Assembly: GCA_951406725.2 (NCBI GenBank)
Contig: OX597816.1
Location: 88,288,001 to 88,352,000 of the forward strand
From: Octopus vulgaris
Taxonomy: Eukaryota
Direction of reading: 5' to 3'
DNA length: 64,000 nucleotides
In this document: one piece after another, positions 1 to 12,828 of the stretch
Position numbering within the stretch: the stretch's first letter is position 1
Layout: every line of letters starts with the position of its first letter
Program-made: the position numbers and the translations under genes
Notes under the pieces: model-generated
Database searches by the model: none
Seen by the model: only the letters and a program-made list of their open reading frames with translations
Told to the model about the DNA's origin: nothing

Positions 1-77
1 TCTTTCTATATTGACAAGAAATCTTGAAATAAAACTGAATAATGGCATACATACATATATACATACATACGTATATG

Positions 78-421
78 CTTGTGGAAAACAGTAATTCGGT
101 GCAAACATAACATACCTGATATTGTTCTGTGGGACAGGGAACAGAAGTCATGCACAGTTGTAGAGGTCAACTACACAGCGGATATGAATGCATCGTCAAA
201 GGTCCAGGAAGAAGAGTACAGAGTACATTGATGGCGATTTGAAGGGGAACTTGCACTGCTTGTATCCTGACTATAAATTATCAGTTGTACCTATCGTCAT
301 AGAAGCATTAGGCTATGTACCTACAAATTTACATAAAAGCCTAGGCGTCACAGGTATTTCGAAGAAACAGCATAAGAAAGTGAAGCGGATTAGCTTAATA
401 ATCGCTATCATTGTCTTCTGA
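78..421 (+). mobile_element. R4/Dong-like non-LTR retrotransposon fragment (restriction-like endonuclease C-terminus), frameshifted
   Basis: Translates as KHNIPDIVLWDREQKSCTVVEV...DLKGNLHCLYPDYKLSVVPIVIEALGYVP, matching the PD-(D/E)xK REL domain ('RPD..D....E...PIVIGALG'). Confidence 0.75.
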
Positions 422-499
422 CTTATCATCTTCATCGTAGAATGTTTTTAAATACGGTTGTGCGTTTACAAGTGCATAGTAGTGTCTATGACTCATCAA

Positions 500-673
500 A
501 TGGGGGGTTACTGAAAAGTTGTTGACTTTCGGTAAAAGAAAATACTGAAGGTTCAGTTAACTATGATTCTATTCAACATATTCTCCACTCAGATTCACAC
601 ACATAGTGCAGTTGTCCTTCAACCAAGTCAGTTGCGATGCCCTTAAAGCCAAGAACTCTCAGTTCCCCCTCGT
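500..673. mobile_element. Mariner-derived MITE (degenerate)
   Basis: Imperfect terminal inverted repeats GGGGGGTTACTGAAAAGTTGTTGACTTT ... AAAGCCAAGAACTCTCAGTTCCCCCTCGT, resembling mariner 'TACGAGGGGG..CTGAAAAGTT' TIRs. Confidence 0.6.
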
Positions 674-1012
674 GCAAGCGTATGCATATAAACGTACGCG
701 TCCATGCTCGCAGACACGCACACGCACGCATACACATACACAGACACACACACGCATACACAGACAGACACACACATACACACATACATATCATGATCGT
801 CTCATCTCTTCATCGTCCTCTTCATCACCACTACCATCACACATATACCTCCACCACCTTCAACACTACCATAATCGCACCCCTCGACCAATAACAACGA
901 ACAAACAAATCTTCGGTTTATTGCTACTGAGATGAACCAAAGTATTTTATGGTGATTAAATTTGGGAGATGTTTACTATGTATGTTTGTGTGACTCAGTG
1001 CAATCGCGTGTC

Positions 1013-1056
<44 letters not shown>

Positions 1057-1111
1057 CATATACACCTACATATACACCTATACATTTATACCTATATCTA
1101 TCTATCCACTA

Positions 1112-1142
<31 letters not shown>

Positions 1143-1199
1143 CATACACATACATATATATTCTATACATTTATATCTATATCTATCTATCCACCAATA

Positions 1200-1235
<36 letters not shown>

Positions 1236-1896
1236 TGTATGTATGTATGTATGTATGTATGATTGTATGTATGAGTGTGAGTATATGTGTGTGTATGCAT
1301 ATATGCATTTATGCATTTACGTACAAATTTATATATTCACGTATATCTATACTCAACCAAGTAAACGAGTCCATGATTAAGTTTAAAGAAGTTGATCTCC
1401 CTCTCTCTCTCTCTCTCTCAAGTTTTTGTTTGCAAATTTCATTTTCGCTTTCCTTTTATTCTATCATTTATTAGATCGGTTTTTGTTGCCAGTGTCACTC
1501 GCCTTCTGTGTATTTCATTGTATTGTTGTTGTTTTTGTTTGTTTGTTTTTTTTTTGTTTTTTTTTTTGCTTTTTACTCAAATATTCGGCACTTTTTTGCT
1601 GGGGCAATTGCTTCCAGTTTCATCAAATCAACGTTTTGCTTTATTATTTTCTAATGTACAACATGGCAGCACGTATTAGTAGTGATGAACGATCTGAAAT
1701 GAAAAGAACAGAACTGGAAAAAAAAATATATATATATATATATGCCGTAAAGAAATACAGTATAGTACGGAATACGAAACCCAAAAACAAACGAAATGTT
1801 AATGCGACGTTGCTGATAGTGATGTTAAATATAAGGATATTGATGAAATAACGTAGCCGATAACCTTGATGAAAACGATGATGATGATGATGATGT

Positions 1897-1938
<42 letters not shown>

Positions 1939-2426
1939 CGATTCTGATGATGATGATGGAAACAGCATTAGTGTCAAAAGGCTATCTTTATACACAGCTT
2001 AACGTGGATGTCTTTTTAGAACACCGAATACAGTGTTATAAGTCTTGAGCGATCCACTCATATACGCTCTTGAAGATATCCATGTTAAGTTGGATATAGA
2101 GATGCTGCTGCTGCCACTCATGATGATGATGTGAAGGAGGAGGGGGAGGAGGGGGGAGGATGACAACGATGATAGTGTATTTTTCTCAAAATCTCCCAAA
2201 AGAATGTAAACTGGAATCGACAAATTTTACCTTAAAGACTGAAATCATTTAGATAATATACATATTGATATACATGCGCACACACACACAAATATTTATA
2301 TATAAATATATATATATTGATAAAAATGGTAAGACAACAAAAGAATGAAAGAGACATTGATATTATGCAAATAGAGGAATTTATCTGTAGATACGTGTAG
2401 ATACGTGACAATTATTCGGTAGCCAT

Positions 2427-2487
2427 GATAAAACTCCGAGTTTCGGATGCCGAGGTGGAAATCCACACCACCGTCTCCTCAGTTATC
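2427..2487 (-). ncRNA. Type I hammerhead ribozyme motif
   Basis: Minus strand reads GATAA-CTGAGGA-(stem II incl. GTGGA TT TCCAC)-GAAA-CTCGGA-GTT-TTATC. Stem I GATAA/TTATC; near-palindromic stem III AAACTC-G-GAGTTT. Confidence 0.75.
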
Positions 2488-2542
2488 CGGCCATCGGAAA
2501 AATACTATGTAAAATGACCGTTATACAAAGGGAAATTACTGT

Positions 2543-2603
2543 GATAACTGAAGAGATGGCGGCATGGATTTCCACCTCGGCATCCGAAACTCGGAGTTTT
2601 GTC
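2543..2603 (+). ncRNA. Type I hammerhead ribozyme motif
   Basis: GATAA-CTGAAGA-GATG...CATCC-GAAA-CTCGGA-GTT-TTGTC. This is the inverted partner of 2427-2487. Confidence 0.75.
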
Positions 2604-2637
2604 ATGGCTACCGAATAATTGTCACATATTACATTTA

Positions 2638-2712
<75 letters not shown>

Positions 2713-3110
2713 CTTCTCGAAACAGCCGTCAGACTTTGCAGAAGCTCAAGATTCCTTTTAAAATTATTTTATACCAACTTTTTCATCTATTTTGGATTAC
2801 CGCTATACATTCACCATCCGCATATCTTAAAGTCTTCATGGATTTTAATACAGACATACAACCTCGCAAGTAGATTTATGTATTTATTTATATTTATATA
2901 TTTATAAATTTTCTTATATTATCTCTTTTCTATATGAATGCGCCTATGTATGATGTGGAATTTTCCGACACTTTCAAATATATCGAGTGAATATGAACAC
3001 TGACCGTTGAAATTTGTTCTCGCTTTCTTGGTTTATATATTCCTGAGGCTCTATGAGAGCGTTAATAAGTTGTGCTGTATAAGGGAATAATTATATCATT
3101 TATTTCTTCA
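2713..3110 (+). mobile_element. Probable PLE pLTR fragment starting in the 3' half of a hammerhead
   Basis: Begins CTCGAAACAGCCGTCAGAC, similar to the HHR 3' half at 47098 (GAAACAGCTGTAAGAC). Bounded by (TA)n on both sides. Confidence 0.45.
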
Positions 3111-3119
3111 TTATATATA

Positions 3120-3153
<34 letters not shown>

Positions 3154-3174
3154 AATACATACATGCATACATAC

Positions 3175-3218
<44 letters not shown>

Positions 3219-3524
3219 CAGTTGTTAACATATTTATTGTATCATACCATGATAATGTGTGGACAAAGGCCGCTGGTATTTATAGAGTGTTAAACTTTTT
3301 CGGTATGTAAATTAGCGACTCCTTCATAGAGTAACTGCTGCATTTATTGAGTATATACAGTTTGGCTGCTTGTTTCTCTTGGGAGTGTCAGAATGATTTA
3401 GACGCTCTTGATGAGAATTCAATAAGGTTCCAAAATTCGATTAAGGTTGTTCATAATTTTTTCAGTCTGCTGAGAAATGGTTAAAATATTTGCCCTGTTT
3501 ATAATTATTCCATTTGTTACATAT

Positions 3525-3748
3525 ATATTCTTTTAATTGTTTCACCATTTGACTGCAGCCAAGCCGGTTTTAGTCAAAGAAATTTACTCAAGGACTTATT
3601 CTTTGTAAGGCTAGTAATAGTCTATCGGTCACTTTTCGCTAGGTTATTGGAAAGTAAACGCACCAATAGCGGTTTTGTTGTCGAGCGATGGAAAGGTGAC
3701 AAACACAGAAGCAAAGACACACATGCACACACACACATACGCACACAC

Positions 3749-3800
<52 letters not shown>

Positions 3801-3866
3801 TGTCTACCAAATCCACTGACAAGGCAATAATAGAAGACACCAAAGGTTTAACGCAGGGGGACTGAA
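3525..3866 (-). mobile_element. Degenerate tRNA-derived SINE (family A, internal microsatellite)
   Basis: Reverse-complement similarity to 8769-9213 (GACTTATTCTTTGTAAG, TCTACCAAATCCACT, TAGAAGACAC). Confidence 0.65.
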
Positions 3867-3899
3867 GAGGGGACAAGAACAAGGGTAAACTGGTAATTT

Positions 3900-4190
3900 C
3901 ACCAGAAAAACACGCTAGTTGGATTTTGTAGGACTCAGATGACCCCAGCTGGATTCCATTGGACTTGGCAGGACAAGAGAGAAGGAACTCGTGGTGGTGT
4001 TACATTGTACACCCGGAAATATGTCACGCCTGTAGTTTTGCTGTTGCACTCAAACTCAGCGTGTTACACTCTGGTAGCACACGTCAAACGAATCAAAATG
4101 GCAACATGTATTACATGCTTCCCACCAGATCCTCCAAGTCATGAGCGCTCATTCGAGGATTTGGATTCCGTTGTAAATCGTTGTGAATCA
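3900..4190 (+). mobile_element. LINE (CR1-like) apurinic endonuclease fragment
   Basis: ORF 3939-4220 contains WQDKREGTRGGVTLY...CFPPDP, resembling the APE motifs 'DR..RGGVxLY' and 'YRPP'. Confidence 0.6.
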
Positions 4191-4740
4191 GAGATGTTTT
4201 CCTTTGACACTTCCATTTAGAACTCAGGCTATGAGATTTGCATGCTAACACTTGCTCCCGTCATAATCAGCTTCCCTGAATTCACATCTCCACACATTTT
4301 TAGGTTCTATCCTTTTCAATCATCGTTCAGTGTATATGAGAAAATGGAAGATTATAATTATTAGCGACCGAAGCAGTAGTAGTGTCAATTAGCAATCTTT
4401 ATACCCAACTTCACGGGAATGTCTTGTTAGAAAACTGTATACAACGTTGTAAGCCCTGAGACATCCTCTCATATTCGCACTTAAACATAGCCATGTGAAG
4501 TTGAATTTAAAGATTTCAATTTGGCATTAAAACTACTACCGTCGCTAATAATTAATTTTTAATAAGCCTGCTCACTATTTGCGACATCAATGTCTGAAAA
4601 GATGATTTCCAGTATTCCAACGCCCACACCTGACGTTTCTCGTCTGCTACGATCTATGTGTGTGCTTTTATGCACCAAGTGCCTATAAGAGTGAATCTCT
4701 CAAGGCAAATAACGCAGCAGTCGGTGTTCTGTATATATTT

Positions 4741-4783
<43 letters not shown>

Positions 4784-5121
4784 ATAAATATATGCAGATA
4801 ATTATATGTGAGTATGTAATATATATATATATATATATATATATATTTCTATATGTATATGCATTTATATATATATATATATACATGTACATGTATATAC
4901 ATACAAAATAAAAATATAAATAAATAAATATTGTATATATATATTATATGCATAAATAAATTCATACACATGGTGGTGCTCCAGCATGGCCGCAGTCACA
5001 TGACTGAAGCAAATAAAAGAAAAAGATTGTATATATATGAGTATATATGTGTGTGTGTGTACAAATATACTTATGTGTATATATATAAATATATATACAT
5101 ACGTATATACATATATATATA

Positions 5122-5175
<54 letters not shown>

Positions 5176-5570
5176 TATGTGTGTTTACATGTATAAATAT
5201 ATATATATATGTATGTATATATAATATATATACATGTATATATATATTTATTTGTATACATATACATATTCGTATGAGTGTGAGTGTATGGGTGTGTATA
5301 TGTGTTAGTGTATCCACGCGCGGGTATGTATGTGTAGATGTTTACACACATATATGTCTATACTCACATCTACACTCATACACTCAGTCAGCGATATACG
5401 CATATTCGCATAAACACACACATAGAGAACCGCTCTTCAGAAAACAGAATACTCGTTAAAATGATGTACTGAGGGGCGTTAGTAAGAGCATATCAATTTG
5501 GTGAAGAGAGCACTAATTTGAGAAAATAATTCGTAACTTTACTTCTTTCTTGTTTACATTCTTTTATTTC

Positions 5571-5647
<77 letters not shown>

Positions 5648-6149
5648 TGGTATAGCAACATCAAATAATGGAACTATAAGAATATTAAAAAAAATACTTC
5701 GAGAACCACGTCTACTGTGGGAAGAAAACTATTACAAAATTGACAACGAAAAGAACAAGAACACTCGGAAAAGTTGTAATGAAAGAGCAACGGTAGAAGT
5801 AGGATTGATCAGAAACATAAGAAAAATATATTTCAAAAGAAAAATAACCATACAAGAAGTTCCAAATAGTGACGTCATGTCATTACACGTGTATAGGAAA
5901 GCTTGTCATCTTTTCTTCGTGTAACCCGAACACATAACACAATATTTCATACACCTATACATCCACACAACCACAAACATACATGCATAAATTGTGCTCG
6001 TTGTATATTATATGTTTATGTATGTGTGTCTATATACATACATATATAAATACATACATGCATGCATACATATAGATAATATGTACATATATATACATCC
6101 ATATGTATACATACATACATATGCATGTACATATACATACATACATACA

Positions 6150-6193
<44 letters not shown>

Positions 6194-6389
6194 CACTTTA
6201 TATATAGAGAGACAGACAAATGAATAAATTGATAGATAGATAGATCACATATACTTGTGTTAAGATACACATACAGATAGATAGACGGAGAGATATAAAC
6301 ATACATATATATTATATAAACACGTACATGCACATAGACACACACACATACGCAGAAACAAACACACATGTCTATATATATCTATATCT

Positions 6390-6425
<36 letters not shown>

Positions 6426-6431
6426 ATATCT

Positions 6432-6472
<41 letters not shown>

Positions 6473-7212
6473 CACGTATGAATATATGTACATATACATA
6501 TATACATGTAGATACATAGAGGCGCACTTATAAGCATAAATGTCTACCTTTTTACTCGTTGATGTGAGTGCGCGAGCGGGTCTGTGGTGAGGGTAGGATA
6601 TGTGTATGTTTGTGTTTATAAATGATGTTCTATATTTTGAAAAGAAGAAGACAGATGATGTAGCCCTTCTAATTAAGTATTTTCCACCCTTGGGAAATAA
6701 ACATTTTGAATAGCAATGATTTTGCTATCCATTTTGCGTCAACAATACGAAACTTTGAAGTTTAGTCTTTTTCTATGTCTGCATGTATGTGTTGTAATTT
6801 ATAACGATGTAGGTTCGCACACAGACACAGATGCAGAGGCACAGACACACCTATAAATAAACAACAGGATATATGCGCATACGCAAACACATACTTTCCA
6901 ACATATATACGTATTTAATCATTCACAATGATGTCTATATCTCCTACATTTCATATTCCCCTACACTCACACACACTCATATATATATACATACATGCAT
7001 GTCTGTATGTATTTTATGTTTGTATGTTTTTATGCATATATTCGGTTGCCTTCGCCTGAAGAGCTAGGTTCGTTTTGTGATTTCACGATAATTTTATATG
7101 CATGGAGCCGAATCAAACTGTTATTAAATAATATACAAATATATATAAAATTTATAAGTATAACATGCATAACATGCTCAAACACACACTTACACACACA
7201 CACACATACACG

Positions 7213-7244
<32 letters not shown>

Positions 7245-8045
7245 CATACACACACACACACACATATATATATATGCTTTTATATGAGTTTTATTGAAGA
7301 TGTAAGAGAAATGGAACTCATTAGTTACTTAAACTACACAAGTAACTCGAGTTCTCTGACTATCGTGTATGAGAATACTATTGTACTTTGCTATAGCCTC
7401 TTGTGTGACCTTTGTAACTGCAAACGATCGAAAACATAGATATAAATACACAGACACACATACACATACACATATATGTTATCGACCCTGAAAAGATATA
7501 AAGTTGACCTCGGTGGAATTATAACTGAGAACTCGACGACTAGGGAAATATTGCTAAATATTTCGCTCGGTCTGTTAACAATTCTGCCAGCTCGCCACAT
7601 TCGAAGCAAATCCTTTATTGCAAGCATTTACCGTGTACGCATGATATACCCTTAGTTCCTTCCTCTCTCCCACTCCCACTCATCCTGGATCCTTCAATTG
7701 TTCCAGACCCCGTTTCCATACCTGTCCGTTCATCACAAACACCACCAACACCAACACCCTCACTGGAACCAAACATTAAACCACCAACATCTGAGGCTCT
7801 TTCTGCTGTATCTCTCCTAGCATCATTTTGAACTCAAATGCACCTTTTCCGACTCTTTATATGTTGGACACTACAGTCTACCCGCCGTCTAGCTGACAGA
7901 TTTACTGTTCTAAAAAAACCGCAGAAGAATCCGTTTGAACGGATAGCGATGCTGAAGTGGCTATGAATATTACTTGATAGCACTACTACTGCGTTGACTA
8001 CTACTCTTAGATTTTAAAACTTGCATTTTTGCTTATATATATATA

Positions 8046-8245
8046 TATATATATATATAATAGGAGAGTTTACGAAAATAAACAAAAGACGAAGGCAGGT
8101 GAAGTACAAACAAACAAATGTATTAGTATAGCGCTCAGGAATAGAAAAAAGTCTTTAACGTTTCGAGCCTACGCTCTTCGACAGAAAGGTACACAGAAAA
8201 AAACAAGGAGAGAAACAAGGAGAGAAAAAATGCGTGTAAGATGCG
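8046..8245 (-). mobile_element. Short PLE pLTR-like element in (TA)n (same family as 60671-60815)
   Basis: Clear reverse-complement homology to 60671-60815 over ~140 bp; contains a hammerhead motif. Confidence 0.7.
8153..8188 (-). ncRNA. Minimal type I hammerhead motif, variant core CUGUCGA
   Basis: CTTT-CTGTCGA-A-GAGC GTAG GCTC-GAAAC-GTT-AAAG. Stem I CTTT/AAAG, stem II GAGC/GCTC, palindromic AACGTT stem III. Confidence 0.65.
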
Positions 8246-8271
8246 CATATGTACGTGTATATAAATGTATA

Positions 8272-8326
<55 letters not shown>

Positions 8327-8332
8327 ATATAG

Positions 8333-8369
<37 letters not shown>

Positions 8370-8733
8370 AGAGAATAGATTTATTGAAAAATACAAACCG
8401 CACATGTATATTGAAACATAACCAATTTTGGATTTTTAAATTATTTAATTCATGAACGCATAGCCATCTACGTATATATTTTACTTTATTATTTTAATTC
8501 ATGAATCCAAGAAGTTTATGCTCCTAAAAAGTAGTACACCCACCAAAAAGTGCAATTATTCCCCCTGTCTCTAATAATAGCAAATGACCTATTGCTTTCC
8601 CACATGATTATTTATATACTGATTCCTTTACATACAAACTCTCATGCAACCAAAATGGACTAAAATGTTTCCAAGATATTACTAAATTGCAATATTTTCG
8701 CTAATTTCCCAGTTTTAATTAACAAAACGCTAA

Positions 8734-8768
<35 letters not shown>

Positions 8769-8771
<3 letters not shown>

Positions 8772-9213
8772 AGAGTGGCTGTGTGGTAAGTAGGTCGCTT
8801 ACCGACCACGTGGTTCCGGCTTCAGTCCCACCGCGAGGCACCTTAGGCATGTGTCTTCTACTATAGCCTCGGGTTGACCAAAGCCTTGTGAGTGGAGTTG
8901 GTAGACAGAAGCTGAAAGAAGCCTATCGTATATGTATATATGTGTGTGTGTGTGTGTTTGTGTGTGTATGTGTGTGTGTATGTTTGTGTGTATGTTTGTG
9001 TGTCTGTGTTTGTCTTCCCAACATCACTTGGCAACCGGTACTGGTGTGTTTACGCCCCCGTTATCTAGCGGTCCGGCAAAAGACACCGATAGGATAAGTA
9101 CTACGCTTACAAAGAATAAATCCTGGGGTCGATTTACTAGAGTGAAAGCGGTGTCCCAGCATGGCCGCAGTCATATGATTGAAACAAGTAAAAGATTAAA
9201 AGAATAAAAAGAA
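8769..9213 (+). mobile_element. Full-length tRNA-derived SINE (family A)
   Basis: A-box-like TGGCTGTGTGG and B-box-like GCTTCAGTCCC, an internal (TA)/(TG)n tract, a GATAAGTACT...GGGGTCGAT core, and a tail CAGCATGGCCGCAGTC...AAAAGAAT. Multiple related copies occur in the window. Confidence 0.85.
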
Positions 9214-9230
9214 TATATATGTATTTACAA

Positions 9231-9367
9231 TTTTACTCTTGTTTCAGTTACGGGGGTGTAAAACACTAGCATCGTTTGCCAAGTGAGGGTGGGGGGGATA
9301 AACACAGACACACAAATACATACATACATACATACATACATACATCATACATACATACATACATACA

Positions 9368-9452
<85 letters not shown>

Positions 9453-9611
9453 GCTACGGGGTTCTTTCAGTTTCCGTCTGCCAAATCCACTCACAAAGCT
9501 TTGGCCGTCCCGAGGCTATAGTAGAAGACACTCGCCCAATTTGCCACGCAGTGGGACTGAACCCGGGACCATGTAACTGGGAAGCTAGCTTCTTACCACA
9601 CAGCCATTCCT
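9231..9611 (-). mobile_element. SINE family A copy, internally deleted, tail-to-tail with 8769-9213
   Basis: Reverse-complement match to the head (CTTACCACACAGCCA, GGGACTGAACCC, GAGGCTATAGTAGAAGACAC) and tail (TACTCTTGTTTCAGT). Confidence 0.8.
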
Positions 9612-9643
9612 TATATATAATTATTCATTTATTTATGTGCATT

Positions 9644-9694
<51 letters not shown>

Positions 9695-9712
9695 TGTATG
9701 CATGTATGTATA

Positions 9713-10967
9713 CAGGGTGCATAAGGTATTTGAGGACATACCTTTTTGGGGTCATTGCGGCACTTTTCGCTAACTTTGTATAATCATTGTTTCAGAAAAT
9801 AATAATTGCAGACCCTCAGCTTACTCAAGAAATGAAGAAGAATGTTGTTATTGTTGTTATAAAAGCTGAGTATGGCGATTTAGAAATATCCTGATTTTGA
9901 AAACTTGCCAGATCTTTCATCTACAAAGTTTGTAATAAGCTAGCGGCTGAAGATGGAAACGTACCAGTATCAAAGCATAAAAAGCATTGTAAACGCTCTG
10001 AAATCATCAAATCACTTGAATTTATCCAGAAAGTTCAATAGACCATTAATTAAAATCCCAGAAAGTCAATGAGGTCAATTGCAAAAAATCTACATGTGTC
10101 ACAAGGAACAGTCAGAGATGTTGTCCGCAAAGACATCAGATATAAGTCTTATATGATGAGGAAATGTCAGTTTGTCAGAAAAAACAAAAGAAAATCACTA
10201 CATCATGTCTAAAAGGCTCTTAAACAAACCAAAAAATCCAGCAATAGAAGATTTGATTTGGCTTTTCTCAAACGAGAAAAACTTTGATTAAGATTAAAAA
10301 GTTAACAGAAGAAATGACAGATGGTTATGTACAGACACTTCTGAAATTCCAAGTGTCATGCATACAAAGTTTTCTGTAACTGTAATGGTTTAGGAGTTGT
10401 CAGCAATGAAGGACGTGTGATACTTCCTTTCTTCTTTCCCAAGGCCTTAGAGTTAACTTTGCTGCCTACATTGATGAACTGGTGATAAATGTTAAGCCAG
10501 GGATAGACAGTGTATGCAATGGAAGGCCATATATGTTTCAATAAAACTTTGCATTATCAGACATGGCTCTAGTAACACAGGGATGGATGGCTGAAAATTT
10601 TCAGGATCACATAACCCCTAACATTTGGCCTTCTAATTCTCCAGATCTCAATCCATTATACTATTACGTGTGGCGCGTTGTTAAGAGAGAAGTCAACGAA
10701 CACGCCCCTACCACCAAACATTCTTTGAAAGCTTCGATAGTCAGAGTAACGTCCCAAACGAACCAGGACCACTTGATTTGAGCAGGTAGATGATTTAGAT
10801 CTCGTATAGAAGCAGTTGTTGAAGCTGAAAGTGGCTTTATTGAATAACATTATAGAAAAGAAGGTTTAATTTTACCCTTATACCATTTTTGATAGATAAA
10901 GTTATAATCTGTTATTATATATCTGAGTTTTTATAAACATAAATCTGTCGTCAACAATACCTTAAGC

Positions 10968-10973
<6 letters not shown>
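9713..10973 (+). mobile_element. Tc1/mariner-superfamily DD37D (maT) DNA transposon, full length, inactivated
   Basis: TIRs TA|CAGGGTGCATAAGGTATTTGAGGACA and TGTCGTCAACAATACCTTAAGCACCCT|ATA. Decayed transposase with FS(D)EKNF, FQ..(D) and WPSNSPDLNPL(D)YYVW; 37 residues separate the inferred 2nd and 3rd catalytic positions. Stops and frameshifts are present. Confidence 0.9.
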
Positions 10974-11012
<39 letters not shown>

Positions 11013-11017
<5 letters not shown>

Positions 11018-11341
11018 CGTATTTCGGGGTGGTCATTTTTTTTGGCCAAATAAACATACGCACTATACATATTCGTTTTTATTTCAATCTCTGAAGACGG
11101 AATAAGCAGAGTAAGAGCACATACAAAGATGGAAAGTGTGGCTAAAGTGGTCACAGATTTGTGATGAAAGATTTCCAGAGAATAGGCATGAGTTAGAATA
11201 AAAACAATAATAGACGAGTGATGAACGAATATATAGTGCGTGTGTTTATTTAGCAAAAAAAAATGACTCTCCTGAAATACAACAATATCTGTTTCAACAC
11301 ACGGTTTCACATCAGGAATCTTGTAACACAAATTCATAAAC

Positions 11342-11342
<1 letters not shown>
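11013..11342. mobile_element. Inverted-repeat element inserted in (TA)n (PLE-like or MITE)
   Basis: Imperfect inverted arms of ~65 bp (11013-11077 vs 11226-11288); TA repeats on both sides. Confidence 0.55.
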
Positions 11343-11419
<77 letters not shown>

Positions 11420-11869
11420 GTGTGTGTCTATGTGTGTGTGTGTGAGTGTGGGTGTGTGTGTATGTGTCTGTTTCTTTCTCATTAAAATACCAGTAATATA
11501 CAAGATTTGATATTAAAAACGATGCAAGCTGTAAATATGGGAATATATATTATTTTTAGCATCCAAATATGATAAAATTATTGATTATTTTTACAACATT
11601 TTCTAATTAGATTATAATCTTAGCACTGAATCTAAAGTAAATTATTATCACTTATACTGCACTAACACTTCTCTGAGAAGTATCTAATCTGAAGTGTCAT
11701 AACAATTAGCAGCTGTTCGTTTTGTTGTATAGAAATCTAAGTGAATCTTCTATTGACAATGAATAATGAGCATGAACCTTGGGGACAGAAGACAGACATC
11801 GTTTAGCGTCAGTGATTAGCCAACGCTGGTCTGAGTCGTTAACTCTACACGGAGGGTTCAACATGTCAT

Positions 11870-12385
11870 GCGTGATGATACGTAGACGTTATCTAAAAAT
11901 GCGACACATGCAGACGCCAATCACTTTTATTTGGCAAGAAATTCGAAATCATATCTTTTCATTTCTAGAGCTTCCAAGGTTAAACTTGGATAATTTTTAA
12001 CAGGACAGACATATCATAAGCAAAATCTGTCCAAGATGCGCACATCTACGAAACTGTTCAGCACACACTCGTTGGATTTACGAGGTTTAGTGGATTTTAG
12101 AAGAGCATCAAAATTGAAGTCGTAGCGTTCAGAAGATCAGCTGTTTTGCACTGAGAAACTAAATTAGATTTCCTCTGTCTTGAGCATAAGGGGAAAGAAC
12201 TTGTGTGTTAGTTCCAAATAAAAGAAGTGAAACGGATGCTTTTGTTCTTTTGCTAAGACGTCATTAACATTTTCAAGTTTCAGTCGAAAGGAAAATGATA
12301 GTATAAACAGAGATGCCTCTCTCGGAAAATTACTTTAAAGGAGGATGAGAGTGGTGGGAATAACATACATGAGCCGGCCTTATCT
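11870..12385 (+). mobile_element. L1/Tx1-like LINE 3' fragment (zinc-knuckle region)
   Basis: Translates as CPRCAHLR-TVQHTLV and FKFQ..RKM....CLSR, typical of the C-terminal CCHC region of L1/Tx1 ORF2; heavily decayed. Confidence 0.5.
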
Positions 12386-12532
12386 CAAAATACATCTGCA
12401 AGAGGAGTGGATCAACCAGGCGCGTGTACTTAGTGGCCGGATTGATTCTGCATCTATGGATTTTTTGGTACATTGTAGGGACACACCTTATCAGAGAACT
12501 CTATCACAAATTTGTATACATACTCTATATGC

Positions 12533-12828
12533 GAGGAGGCGCAATGGCCCAGTGGTTAGGGCAGCGGACACGTGGTCGTAGGATCGCGGTTTCGATTCCC
12601 AGACGTGGCGTTGTGAGTGTTTATTAAGCGAAAACACCTAAAGCTCCACGAGACTCCGGCAGTGGCTGGTAGCAATCCCTGCTGTACTCGTTCGTCAACA
12701 ACTTTCTCTCATACTTTCTTCTGTTGGCCTGCTCGCTTAGCCAGCGGGGTGGCGTCATTTGAAGGCTAAAACAATGCGGAGCGCATGTGTAGCAACATCT
12801 GACAGCCTGTTCGGTCACGGTGATCACT
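12533..12828 (+). mobile_element. tRNA-derived SINE (family B)
   Basis: Head GGCGCAATGGCCCAGTGGTTAGGGCAGCGG...GGTTTCGATTCCC (A and B boxes), followed by a non-tRNA body ending GGTCACGGTGATCAC. Confidence 0.8.

Larger units (their letters stand above)
2318..2640. mobile_element. Non-autonomous Penelope-like (pLTR-derived) insertion with inverted arms in (TA)n
   Basis: Arms of ~83 bp (2405-2487 and 2543-2625) are inverted with a 55-bp spacer. Each arm carries a hammerhead motif, and the unit is flanked by TA repeats. Confidence 0.7.
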
